From Dictyostelium discoideum (lineage: Eukaryota): a stretch of DNA of 64,000 nt. Where the stretch lies: the NCBI GenBank assembly GCA_000004695.1, contig CM000155.2, positions 1,664,001 to 1,728,000 on the forward strand, written 5' to 3'. The notes below the pieces were generated by a model, which ran no database searches, had not been told where the DNA came from, and saw nothing but the letters and a program-made list of their open reading frames with translations. This document shows, in pieces, positions 49,646 through 61,454 of this stretch; position 1 is the stretch's first letter, and each line of letters starts with the position of its first letter. The position numbers were made by a program, and so were the translations under genes.

Positions 49646-49794
49646 AACAACAAATAGTAATTCAACCAAAAAAATGGTATTGTAATAGAATGATGAAATT
49701 TGAAAAGATCAACAAAAATGGGTTTTTAACTAATGATACACTACATATAAAGTTTAAAATTGAAGTTTTTAATTGGATTTTAACACCTTTTGAG
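49646..49794 (+). CDS. TRAF-like protein, terminal exon (C-terminal MATH strands)
   Basis: AAATAG acceptor. The phase-1 junction gives ...FFEN-L-IQPKKWYCNRMMKFEKINKNGFLTNDTLHIKFKIEVF...*. Confidence 0.55.
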
Positions 49795-49801
49795 ACAGAT
49801 G

Positions 49802-49835
<34 letters not shown>

Positions 49836-50074
49836 TAAAAATAAAGGTAAAAAAAAAAAAAATAAAGAAAAAAATTTAAAAGTAAATAAAAAATAAAATA
49901 AAATTGCGGTATAGGCCAATCTTTGGAAATTAAAAAAAGTCAGAAATCTAGATTTTTTTTTTATGAATTATTTTAAAATGATTAATTTTTAAAAAAAAAG
50001 TTTTCCACATACACACGGTTGGAGCTTACAAAATTAGGTAAAGATATATCTAGAAAAAAAATAATAAAATAATA

Positions 50075-50735
50075 AAAAATAAAAAATACCAATAATATAA
50101 TTATTTTAATAATAATAAAAAAAAAAAAAAATAAAAAAAATAATAATAAAATAAAATTAATAACAAAGTATTAAAAGTAAGAGATTTGGTTATTTAAAAT
50201 AATTACCAATATTGGAAAGCTATCATGTTTACGAATAATTTGACCATTATTATAGTATTGTGGCTCTCTATTTTGGTCTTTTATAGTATATATTTGATCA
50301 TGAACGGAACCTGGGAATCCCTCAGGATGTAGTAACAATAATCTGTATGATCTAGTGCATACCTCACAATGAAATTTGACCACATGACTTTGCTTTTACC
50401 AGAATAGTATTTTTTTTTTGGATTTGGTAATCAGTGGGAGTTTCAATAACAATAGAGGTAGATTCAGCAGCAATTGCACGATAAAGCACATTAGATATAG
50501 GATGTTTTAAAAAGCCAACTGATTCAACAAGTTTATCATATCTCTTTTCCATTTTTTCCTTGCATACAACTCAAAGTGAATGAATGGTTGACTATAGTGA
50601 TTTTGAAATGTTTTTGGACTAATACCAAAAGTAACACATATTTCATAAATTGGAAGATATTGTTTCCAATATAAGAGAGTCTAGCACAAAAAAAAATAAA
50701 AAATAAATAATGTTATTAATTAATTCATTTTATTT
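50075..50735 (-). repeat. Arm A of a large inverted duplication. It carries decayed PIF/Harbinger-like (DDE_Tnp_4-like) transposase coding remnants
   Basis: The reverse complement aligns at about 90% with 51740-52258 but contains an extra roughly 190-bp segment flanked by the 8-bp direct repeat ggtcaaat. Peptides: ...YDKLVESVGFLKHPISNVLYRAIAAE..IVIETPTDYQIQKK, YYSGKSK, VKFHCEVCTRSYRLLLLHPEGFPGSVHDQ. Confidence 0.6.
50171..50552 (-). pseudogene. Harbinger/PIF-type DDE transposase remnant (frameshifted; catalytic D positions substituted)
   Basis: In order: IVIETPTDYQIQ (cf. AIDGTHIPIQ), YYSGKSK (cf. YYSGKKKRH), then KFHCEVCT...EGFPGSVHDQ (cf. ...vcD....GWPGSVHDS), spread across three frames. 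Confidence 0.5.
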
Positions 50736-51339
50736 TTTACATTTTTTATTTTTTTTTTTTTTTGTTTATAATTTTTTTTTTTTTTTACATTTTGTTTAAT
50801 TTATGACTTGGTGTAATTTTACCAAATTATTTAATTTAATTAAATCTAATTTAATTTAATTTAATTTTTTTTTTTTTCATTTAATTTTAAAAAATGAGTA
50901 GTTTTTAATGGAACATATTATTGTCTAAAAATAGATATTTATTTTTAAAAATAATATTATTTTTTTTTTTCTATTCAAAATTAGAAATTTCCAGAAAATC
51001 TTAAAAAATACGTATTTCATTTTAAAAGTTAAGGTAATTTTGTTTTTTTATCTAAAAAAAAAAAACATATTATTGTAAAAAAGAATATGTATTTTTGGAA
51101 TAATAATATTATTTTAAAAATTTACACAAAAATCTTTTGTCTTTATGAACATTTTAAAATCAAAAATTAAATTAAATTAAATTAAATTAAATTAAATTAA
51201 ATTATATTAAATAGGTATAATTTTTTGACTTGTGGAAAAAAAAAATTATTATGTGAAGGGGTAAAAATTTTTACATAAAATTTAATTATGTTAATCGGGG
51301 TGTTAAATTTTTCTTTAAATTTTTTTTTTTAAGTTGTAT

Positions 51340-51480
51340 TTTTTTGATTAAATAAATAAATTCATAATTATTTCCTTCTATTAATAAAAAAAAAAAAAAA
51401 AAAAAAATTCATAATTATCTCCTTCTATCAATAAAAAAAAAAAATAAATAAATTCATAATTATTTCCTTCTTTTAATAAA
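51340..51480. repeat. Three tandem copies of an approximately 50-bp unit (aaattcataattatttccttctattaataaaaaaaa...) inside the spacer of the inverted duplication
   Basis: Directly visible: ...aaataaattcataattatttccttctattaat(a)n / aattcataattatctccttctatcaat(a)n / aaataaattcataattatttccttcttttaat(a)n. Confidence 0.8.
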
Positions 51481-51739
51481 AAAAATGGTAAACTCTTGAC
51501 CAAGAAAAAAGCAAATGACTCAACCAAATTTAATGTTGTATTCTTTTGGATTAGAACCTGATATTATAGATAAATTATTAAATTTAATTAATGAAAATGA
51601 AGAACTTAAAGAAAAACGTATTAAAGATAAACATATAATTTGTGTGGGTGTTTAATATTAAAATAAAACTATAAAAAATAAATATAATAATAAAAATAAA
51701 AATAAAAATAAAAAATAAAAAATAAAAATAAATGTTGAA

Positions 51740-52258
51740 AATGAATAAATTAATAACATTATTTTTTTATTTTTTTTTTTGTGTTAGACTCTCTTGTGTT
51801 GGAAACAATATCTTCCAATTAATGAGATATGTGTTACTTTTGGTAATAGTCCGAAAACATTTCAAAATCACTATAGCCAAACCATTCATTCACTTTGAGT
51901 TGTATGCAAAGGAAATAATGGAAAAGAGATATGATAAACTTGTTGAATCAGTTGGCTTTTTAAAACATCCTATATCTAATGTGCTTTATCGTGCAATTGC
52001 TGCTGAATCTACCTCTATTGTTATTGAAACTCCCACTGATTACCAAATCCAAAAAAAATTACTATTCTGGTAAAAGCAAAAGTCATGTGGTTAAATTATT
52101 CGTAAACATGATAGCCTTCCAATCTTGAGTAATTATTTTAAATAACCAAATCACTTCCTCTTACCTTAATAATTTGTTATTAATTTTTATTTTATTATTA
52201 TTATTATTATTATTTTATTATTACAATAATTATATATTATTGGTATTTTTTATTTATA
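51740..52258 (+). repeat. Arm B of the inverted duplication. It carries the HTH-like N-terminal part of the transposase remnant and lacks the 190-bp DDE-core segment
   Basis: Tracked ORF 51732-52073 ...FQLMRYVLLLVIVRKHFKITIAKPFIHFELYAKEIMEKRYDKLVESVGFLKHPISNVLYRAIAAESTSIVIETPTDYQIQKK, then a stop. Confidence 0.6.
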
Positions 52259-52689
52259 AAAATTAAAATCTGGGGCAATATAAAAAAAAAAAAAATAAAA
52301 AAAATAAAAAAAAAAAATGTGAAAATTAAAAAAATAAAAAAAAATAAAAATATTTACACCAACTTTTCATTTTTACATAAAATTTATAAAAAAAAAAAAC
52401 AAAAAAAAACAACAACAACAACAAATAGTAATTCAACAATATATTTTTTTTTATGTTTTTTTTTTTACATTTTCTTTTTGGCTTCACATTACTGTTTTTT
52501 TTTTTTTTTTTTAAAATTTTAATCAAACTATTTTTGTGCGATGTCAATTATTTCTAGATTTTTATCTCTTTTTTAGATTACTAAAACAAATATGATAAGA
52601 TTAAAATATTAAAAAAAAAAAATAAGGGGGAATTCAATATTAATTTATTTTTAAAAATGATTGTTTGTATATATACTATATTTTATTTT

Positions 52690-52850
52690 ACTTAATTTTT
52701 TTTAAAATTTTTGGGGTTATAAATATATCTCTTATTAAAGATATTTTTAATAATTAAAAATCTCTTATTAAAGATATTTTTAATAATTAAAATTTTTGGG
52801 GTTATAAATATATCTCTTATTAAAGATATTTTTAATAACCAAACTCACAA
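52690..52850. repeat. Interleaved tandem repeat X-Y-Y-X-Y (X = tttttggggttataaatat; Y = atctcttattaaagatatttttaataattaaaa, internally palindromic) about 230 bp upstream of the first PKS gene
   Basis: Directly visible. Y contains ttattaaa...tttaataa inverted repeats. Confidence 0.8.
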
Positions 52851-53007
52851 AGATTAAAATTTACCAATCATTTTATAACCAAGACACTATCTTGATTTTT
52901 TTTTTTTTTTTATTTTTTTTTTTTTTTAAAAGTTGCTGTTTATCCATTTAATTTTTAATTATTTAATACTTTTTTTTTTTTTTTTTTTTCTTTATTCTTA
53001 CTAAATT

Positions 53008-53046
<39 letters not shown>

Positions 53047-53074
53047 TTATTTTTGTATAAAAAGTGAAATAAAA

Positions 53075-53408
53075 ATGATTGAAAGTCAAAGGGAATTTAA
53101 TTGTATTGGTGGTGATAATCAGAATGGTGTCGCAGTTATTGGTGTAGGTTTTAAAATCCCATTAGATCTAGAAAATTGTTTATCAAGTCCAAGTGAATTA
53201 TATTCAGCATTATTTAATGAATTTGATAGTGTAACAAAGAATACAAGTTCACGTTGGTCTGATAACTATTTTAAAAATGGTGATATTGTTAGTCTTAGTG
53301 CAGGTTTATTACCACTCAGAGAAATTAAATCATTTGATCCAACTTTTTTCGGTATTAATCCATCCGATGCAGATTTAATTGATCCTCAACAAAGATTATT
53401 ATTAAAAT
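53075..53408 (+). CDS. Type I polyketide synthase (PKS) gene 1, exon 1 (N-terminal KS region)
   Basis: MIESQREFNCIGGDNQNGVAVIGVGFKIP...DPQQRLLLK then a phase-1 GTAACT donor. Typical Dictyostelium PKS N-terminus. Confidence 0.8.
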
Positions 53409-53480
53409 GTAACTTTTTTTTATTTTATTTTTATTTTTATTTTTTTATTATTAACAAATTTAATTAAATAAATATATTAG

Positions 53481-53798
53481 GTGTTTGGAATGCATTAGAA
53501 GATGGTGGTATTGACCCAATCAGTATTCGTTCATCAGATACTAGTGTCTACATTGGTTGTTCAACTATTGACTATTTTCTTTTAAATAGAAATCCTGTTG
53601 ATCCTCATAATCATGGTATTCAAACCGCAAGTTATTCAATTCCAAATAGAATATCATATTGCTTTGATTTTAGAGGTGAAAGTTTGTTTGTTGACACTGC
53701 ATGTTCATCATCACTAAATGCAGTTCATCTTGGTTACAATTCAATTATAAATTTAAAATCAAAATTATCAATTGTTGGTGGTTCCAATTTAATTTTAG
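53481..53798 (+). CDS. PKS gene 1, exon 2 (KS active-site Cys: DTACSSS)
   Basis: [27 protein letters not shown]...[17 protein letters not shown]...GGSNLIL. A GTATGA donor lies at 53799. Confidence 0.8.
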
Positions 53799-53914
53799 GT
53801 ATGAATTATCTTTTTATTTATTTTTTTTTTTTTTTTTTTTTTGTACTATTATTAATATTATTATTAATATTATTATTATTATTTTTATTTTACTGACATA
53901 TATATATTTCCTAG

Positions 53915-54568
53915 ATCCACAAAATAGTATTTTTTTTTCTAAACAACAGGTGAATGGTCCAAGTGGTAAATGTAATAGTTTTTCAGAAGAAGCAGATGGC
54001 TTTGTTCGTAGTGAGACAGTTGGTGTAGTAGTATTAAAGAATTTAAAAGATGCAATTAAAGATGGTGATAGAATTTATTGTGTAATTCAAGGTTCAAATT
54101 CAAATGTTGACGGAAATTATGAAAAATTAAATTATATTTCACCTTCAAAATTATCACAAGCTGAAAATATTACCAAAGCATTAAAATCAACAAATGGTGC
54201 GGTGAATGCATCTGATATTGATTATTTCGAATGTCACGGTACTGGTACACCAACTGGAGATCCAATCGAATTAGAAGGTATATCAATTGCATTAAATAGA
54301 ACTCAACAATCTACAACATTATCAAATCCACTTTTAATAGGTTCAATTAAATCAAATATTGGTCATGGTGAGGCAAGTAGTGGTATAGCCAGTTTAATTA
54401 AATGTTGTGTAATGTTTAAATATCGTCAATTTTTACCAAATATTAATTTCAAAACACCAAATCCATTAATCAAATTTAAAGAATGGAATTTAAAAGTTGT
54501 AACTGAACCAGTTCCATTCAATAATAATAAACAAACTATTATGGCAATTAATAATTTTGGTGTTTCTG
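53915..54568 (+). CDS. PKS gene 1, exon 3 (KS C-terminal half with the two catalytic His residues)
   Basis: [23 protein letters not shown]...[14 protein letters not shown]...[11 protein letters not shown]...NNFGVSG. A GTAAGA donor lies at 54569. Confidence 0.8.
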
Positions 54569-54652
54569 GTAAGATTTTAATATAACAATAATAAGAGCAA
54601 AACAAGATAATCAAACTACTAATATTTACTATTTTTTATTTTTATTAAATAG

Positions 54653-57600
54653 GATCAAATTGTTGTATTATTTTATCAGAATATAAAAGTAATAACAACA
54701 ATAATAATGATTTTAAAGCAACAACACATTTAAAATCAAAGAAATTTATTATACCATTTTCATCAAATTCCTCAACATCATTAGACAATTATAAATCATT
54801 ACTTTCAAATGAAACAAATAATTTTCAAGATTTTGTTATTAAACAAATTAATAATAAATCAACATCATTAATTCAAAGATCAGTAATCATTGCAAGTAAT
54901 TGGAGTGAATTTAATGAGTCATCAAATGAAATTCAATCAAATATTAAAAAATCAATTATATCTAATATCACAATTAAAAAAAAGAATGCAGTTACAGTAT
55001 TTGTATTTTGTGGTCAAGGTTCGCAATATAATAAAATGGCATTATCATTATATGAAAATGAACACATTTTCAAATCAACAATGGATAAATTAGATAAAGA
55101 ACTATCCAAACACTATGGGTATTCAATTTTAGAAAAATTAAGATCAATTACAGATGAAGATTTAGTAACAATTCATCAACCAATTTTAGCAATTCCAGTT
55201 AATGTAATGGTTCAAGTATCTCTATATGAATTGTATAAACATTGGGGTATTAAATCAGATATTATGGTTGGTCATTCGTTTGGAGAAATCGCTTGCTCTT
55301 ATTGCTCTGGTATGGTTGATTTTAAAACATTATGTTATTTAACATACCACAGATCAGTAGCTCAGAATAAAACAATTGGATCAGGTAAAATGTTATCAAT
55401 TAATATTGGTGCTAAAGAATACTTGGATTCTTATTCAACTAAATATCCATCGGTAGAAATCGCATGTTATAATAGTGAAACATCAATCGTTATTGCAGGC
55501 AATGAAGAATTATTAAATGAAATTTCAAAAGATTTAAAATCAAAAGATATTTTTACAGCAATGTTACCATCATTATCAGCATTTCATACAACACACCAAT
55601 CAGTTATTAAAGATGATATTTGCTCATTGAATTTTAAATCGACATTATCAAAAATAACAGTATTTTCCACAGTCACATCTAATCAGTTTGGTATTAATAA
55701 TAATAATAATAATAATAATAATCAACTTAATTCAAATTACCTTTTTCAAAATGTTATTCAACCAGTTAAATTTAGTGAGACAATATCAAATATATATAAA
55801 TACATTGAATCAAATGATATGGGTAATGAAATAACATTTATTGAAATTGCACCACACCCAACATTACAATATTATTTAAATCAAATGAAGTCACAACAAT
55901 CAGAATACTTTAATAATGGTGAAAAGATTTCAATCTATTCAGCATGTAATAAAAAGAAGAATGATTATAATGAATTTTTAAAAACAATTTCAACATTGTT
56001 TGTAAATGGTTATAATAATATTAATTTTAAATCTCAAATTATTAATAATAATAATAATGATAATAATAATAATTTTAATTTACCATTATATCAATGGGAT
56101 GATAATGAATATTATAAAATTCATCCAACATGGAAAAAAGCAAATAAAAATGGACCATCAATTAATCATCTTGGAAATCTAAATGATTCTTCAATTAAAT
56201 CATTTAAAACCTATATTAATACAAGAAAACCACAATTCCAATGGTTAAAAGGTCATTCTTTAAAAGGAAAAGTTGTATTCCCTGGTATGGGTTATATTTC
56301 AAATTTACTCTCAGTTTATAATATGAACCAAGATATTACAATTAATGAAATTCAATTCAAAAGTGCATTTATTTTAGTCGATGGTGTTAATAACTGTTTA
56401 GAGACATCGATTGTACCATTAACAAAGAATGAATTCAATATTAAATTTCATTTTAAAGATTTAAAAACAAATAAATGGGTATTATGTGCAAATGCTAATT
56501 ATAGTTTATTTAAACATAATGATAATAATGATAAACTTGATATTGAAAAATTAAAATCTAATTGTAATTATACAATAATTTCAAAAGATGAATTATATAA
56601 TAATATTAGAGCTAAAAGTGGATTGATTTATAAAGGTTTATTTCAAGGTGTTAAAGAAGCTTTCATTGGTAATAGATGTTCGTTAACAGTTTTATCATTA
56701 AATGAAATTGAAAACCAACAAGAGTTTAAACATTTATTAGAGAATAGAAACTTCAATTCATTATTTAATACAGCAATTTTAGATTCATGTTTACATGGTT
56801 CACTTCACTCAAAAGAACAATCTCAAATTTATTTTGACAAATGTGAAGGTTTTAAATATTATTCAAACAATATTAATTTAGCAACTTCGAAAAGAAATGA
56901 GTACAAAGAGATTAATGTTTATATTGAAACGAATCCCGTGATCAATTCAACAGTTATTGTAAGTTTAAAAATTATGTTACCAGATGGAACATTATTAATT
57001 GAAATTCAAAAAGTAGTTTGTAAATCATCAATACCAATTATTGATAGTACCTCAGTTATTCAACCATCACCAAAAGATTTACACACACCATATTATCAAC
57101 CAAAAAACTCATTAATTAAACCACCACAATCATTTAAACATTTACATTGTATGAAAGAATTTGCAAGTATAGAATCTGATAATAGAGAAATGGTGTATAT
57201 GTCAATTTATCATTTAATTTTTAAAGCCATCAATGCTAGATCTCCAACAAAAATCAATTTAGAATCCCTTGAAAATTTAACATTAGATCAATTTAAAGAA
57301 TTAATAAAAGACAGTGCAGCAAATATTCAACGTTCCAATCAATTTATATATGAATGTTTAAAACTATACCATACAAATCATTCAAATTATAAAAAAAATC
57401 AAATTAAAGATTTTATTAAAGAATGTGAAGATTTTAATGGATATAATCAAATAATTTTTAAAACAATTAAAATCTATGCAAAATCATTATTCCCATTACC
57501 AGATGACGATCCATTTACAGATACAATTCAATCATTGTTTGAAGATGATCAATTAGAAAACGTTTACATCCATTTAAAACACCTTTATCCAGTAAACAAT

Positions 57601-58074
57601 TTATTAAGTGAAATCGTTTTTCAATCAATTAAACCAATAATAAATCAAACATCAACATTTAGAATTTTAGAAATAGGAGCAGGTTATGGTACAATCTCAC
57701 AATTAATATTTGACAAACTCGAACAACTATTAGCAGATAATTTCACATCATCAAGAATTGATATAGAATATACATTTACTGATATTTCAAATACTTTCTT
57801 ACCAAGAGCAAAAGAGAGATATTCAAAATATAAAAGATTCAACATAATTTACAAACTCTTAGATTTAGAACTTCCTTTAACAGAGGGAATTCAAGATTTT
57901 AGACCATTATATTATGATATAGTTGTTATGTCAAATGTTTTACATGTTGTAAAAGATATTAATTTCAGTACAAATGAAATCTATAAAGTTTTAAAACAAA
58001 ATGGTCAATTAATATTTGTAGAACCAACATATAAAAATTTATATCTTGATACTATATTTGGCATATTTCCACAA
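54653..58074 (+). CDS. PKS gene 1, exon 4 (linker, AT with GHSFGE, DH with HSLKGKVVFP, C-methyltransferase with LEIGAGYGT)
   Basis: Continuous frame from the tracked ORF 55036-58089 extended upstream to the AG at 54651-52. A GTAAGT donor lies at 58075. Confidence 0.8.
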
Positions 58075-58136
58075 GTAAGTAGTTATTAATATTTATTATT
58101 ATCTATTTATTAATCTAATATATTTTTTTTTGTAAG

Positions 58137-58504
58137 TGGTGGTCATTTAATGATGATATTAGAACTGATAGATGTTGTCTTGAACCTTCAAAATGGTTTG
58201 AATTTTTAGAAACAATTAATTTTAAAGATACAATTATTTTGGGTCAAGATAACAAAGAAATCTTGAAAAATGTTGAAAATTCAATAATATTAGTACAAAC
58301 TAGAAAACCATCACAACTTGAATTATCGATAAATAATTCACCATCAACCAACCAATTCAAATCTTTTGAAAACATAATATTATATACTGATGATAACCAA
58401 CAACCAAATGATTGTAGTGAAATTATCGATTTATTAAAATCATTAGAACTACCAATTAAAATAATTAACAATATAGACCAATTTAATCAAATTATTAAAA
58501 CACA

Positions 58505-58571
<67 letters not shown>

Positions 58572-61053
58572 AATAACAATTTAATAATATTTTTAAAATC
58601 AGTTAATCAATTAAATACTAATAATTATAAAGATATTACATTTGAATATGTTCAAATCAATCAAATTTTAGTAAAATTAGAACTTGAAGAAAATTATAAA
58701 TTATTATTAATAACTAATAATTCTCAATCAAGTAATTATTTATCAAATTCATTAATTGGTACATCAAGATATTTATTTGCAGATATAGTATCATCAAAAT
58801 TAGATATTATTACAATTGATTTCGATACCGTTTCAATTAAGAACCATCAAAATGTTATATCAGTTATTAACCATTTATTAGATTCAAAAGATAATAGTGA
58901 AAGAGAATATTATATTATTAATAATGAAATTAATATTGAAAGATATAAAAATGAATCAAATATTAAACATCAATTAAAATCAAAAACCTTTCAAGAAAAT
59001 AAAGATGAATTAATGGTACAATTAGACTCAAATTTAGAATATAGATTAAAATCAAAATCAAAACAAGAATTAAAATCAACTCATGTTGAAATTCAAGTTA
59101 AAGCAATTGGAATTAATTATAAAGATTATGCAACTTACAGTGGTTTAATCGATTCAATCATAGAAATTGATAAAGATAAAGAAAAGGATGAAAATTATGA
59201 CCAAAATTATCCAAGTATTGGTAATGATTTTAGTGGTGTAATTACAAGAATTGGTAGTGATGTTAGAAAGTTTAAAGTTGGTGATGAAGTATGTGGTTTA
59301 GCACCTAAAACATCCGCTTCACATATTATCACTGAAGAAGGTTATCTTTGTAAGAAACCATCAAACATTAGTCACTCTGAAGCTGCATCATCAGTAACAG
59401 TTTACACAACATCATTTCAAAGTATTTATAGCATTGGTGATTTAAAGAAAAATGAAACCATATTAATTCATTCAGGTAGCGGTGGTATTGGTTTATCTGC
59501 ATTGGAAATATTAAAATGGAAAAATCATCAAGGTTACATATTTGCAACTGTAGGCTCTGAAGATAAAGTTAAATATTTAACAGATACCTATGGTTCATTC
59601 ATAACTGGTATATATTCATCCAGAGATAAGGACTATCAAGATCAAATTAAAGAGAAATTAAAATCATTAGGTTGCGATATCGATCATCAAGGAGTAGATC
59701 TAATATTGAATACACTATCAGTAGAGTACATGGATTCAAATTTTAAATGTTTAAATCAAAAAGGTAGATGTATTGATCTTTCAATCACTCATTTAACTCC
59801 ATTTGATTATATGGATTATAATAAATTCAAATTCAATGTTTCCTATGGTAATATTGAACTTGTTGTATTACCATCCAAAATTATTAAAGATCATTTAAAA
59901 AAGATGCTTAAAGCCTTTTCATTAGGTAGTTTAAGATTTATACCTATTGTTGAATTTTCAAATTTGAATATAAGAAATGCAGTCGAATACATTAATCAAC
60001 GTAAACATATTGGTAAAATTGTAGTAAAGAATGATGTTGATTTTATAAATAAATTATTTATTGAACAACAACAACAACAAAACTCTGTTGAAAATAATGA
60101 AATTTTAATGAAAGATAAATATGATATTTCAAATTTAGAACTTGGTAAAAATATATTATTAACTGGTCAAACAGGTATTATTTTAACTATATTAAAATGG
60201 TTATATAAACATTCAAATAATTCAATTGAAAATATTATTATAATTTCCAAATCAAAATTAAAATGGGAATTAGAATTATTTATAAATGAATCAACTAATA
60301 ATAGAATTAAAATTCATTATAAACAAGCTGACGTTGGTAATAATAATGAATTAAATCAGTGCTTTGAAGAATTAAGATTACGACATTCAATTGAAGATAT
60401 TAATTCAATTTTCCATTTTGCATTTATTAATGATATTGGTCAATTTGAAGATGTTAATATGAATCGTATGGATATCGCTCATCATGCTAAAGCAATTGGT
60501 TCACTTAATTTACATAACCAATCTATTGAACGTAAATGGAATATTAAACAATTTGTATTGGCATCTTCGGCGTTATCAGTATTTGGTGGAGACAACCAAT
60601 GTTGTTATATCAGTGCTTGTTCAGTTTTAGACTCCTTATCAAAGTATAGAAAATCAATTGGTCTTCCATCTTTATCAATTAACTTTGGTGGTGTAACATC
60701 AACTGGTTTCGTATCTCGTAGTGGTGCTGTCGAAGCTAACCTTGAAAGTTCTATTATCAATTTAATTACACCACAATCATTAATTTCTTCATTGGATTTA
60801 TTTATTCAAAACTCTCAAACCTTTTCAAACTATACTCATTTCAATTTCATATATGATAATATAGAATCATATTCACTCAACAGAATGTTATTTAAATTTG
60901 ACTATTTAATCAACCAACATTCCTCATTAGTTTCAAATAAAAGATTAGGTGGAATAAATGAAAATAATAATATTGGTGATTTATTAGTATCAAAAATTGG
61001 TGAACTTTTATCAATTGAGCCATCAAAATTGAATTTAGATTTTAGATTAGTTG
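58137..61053 (+). CDS. PKS gene 1, exon 5 (ER with GSGGIG; KR with LTGQTGII Rossmann motif)
   Basis: The frame continues across a 62-bp intron (TTGTAAG acceptor). A GTAAGT donor at 61054 is phase 1. Confidence 0.8.
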
Positions 61054-61131
61054 GTAAGTTTTGTTTTTTTTTATTTATAATTTTTATTTTATTATTACTA
61101 ATCTTTTCTAAAAATTAATAAATAAAATTAG

Positions 61132-61454
61132 ATTATGGTTTAGATTCATTGGTTATCGTTCAACTTAAAAATTTTATTGATAAACAATTCCAACCTCATT
61201 TAATTTCAATTTTACAATTACAAAATAATAAAATCTCAACAACAATAGAAATTATAATCAAAGGATATAATAATAATCAAAATAAAAAAATTAAAAATGA
61301 ACAATCAAATGACATTCCAAGTGTAGTTCAAAAAGAAACTATCAAAGATAACAATGAAAATAAAGACGATATAAAAATCGATATGGATGATAAAAAAGAA
61401 AATTTAAAAGGTAAAAAAGAGAATATTGATGACAAAAAAGAAAATAACAATTAG
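61132..61454 (+). CDS. PKS gene 1, exon 6 (ACP with phosphopantetheine-attachment motif DYGLDSL; Lys/Asn-rich tail)
   Basis: AAATTAG acceptor, then D-YGLDSLVIVQLKNFIDKQF...NNN*. The six exons total about 2655 aa with architecture KS-AT-DH-cMT-ER-KR-ACP. Confidence 0.8.

Noticed and set aside
58244-58471. Minus ORF 58244-58471 and 54426-54614, 63512-63697
   Set aside because: Antisense to the PKS coding exons.
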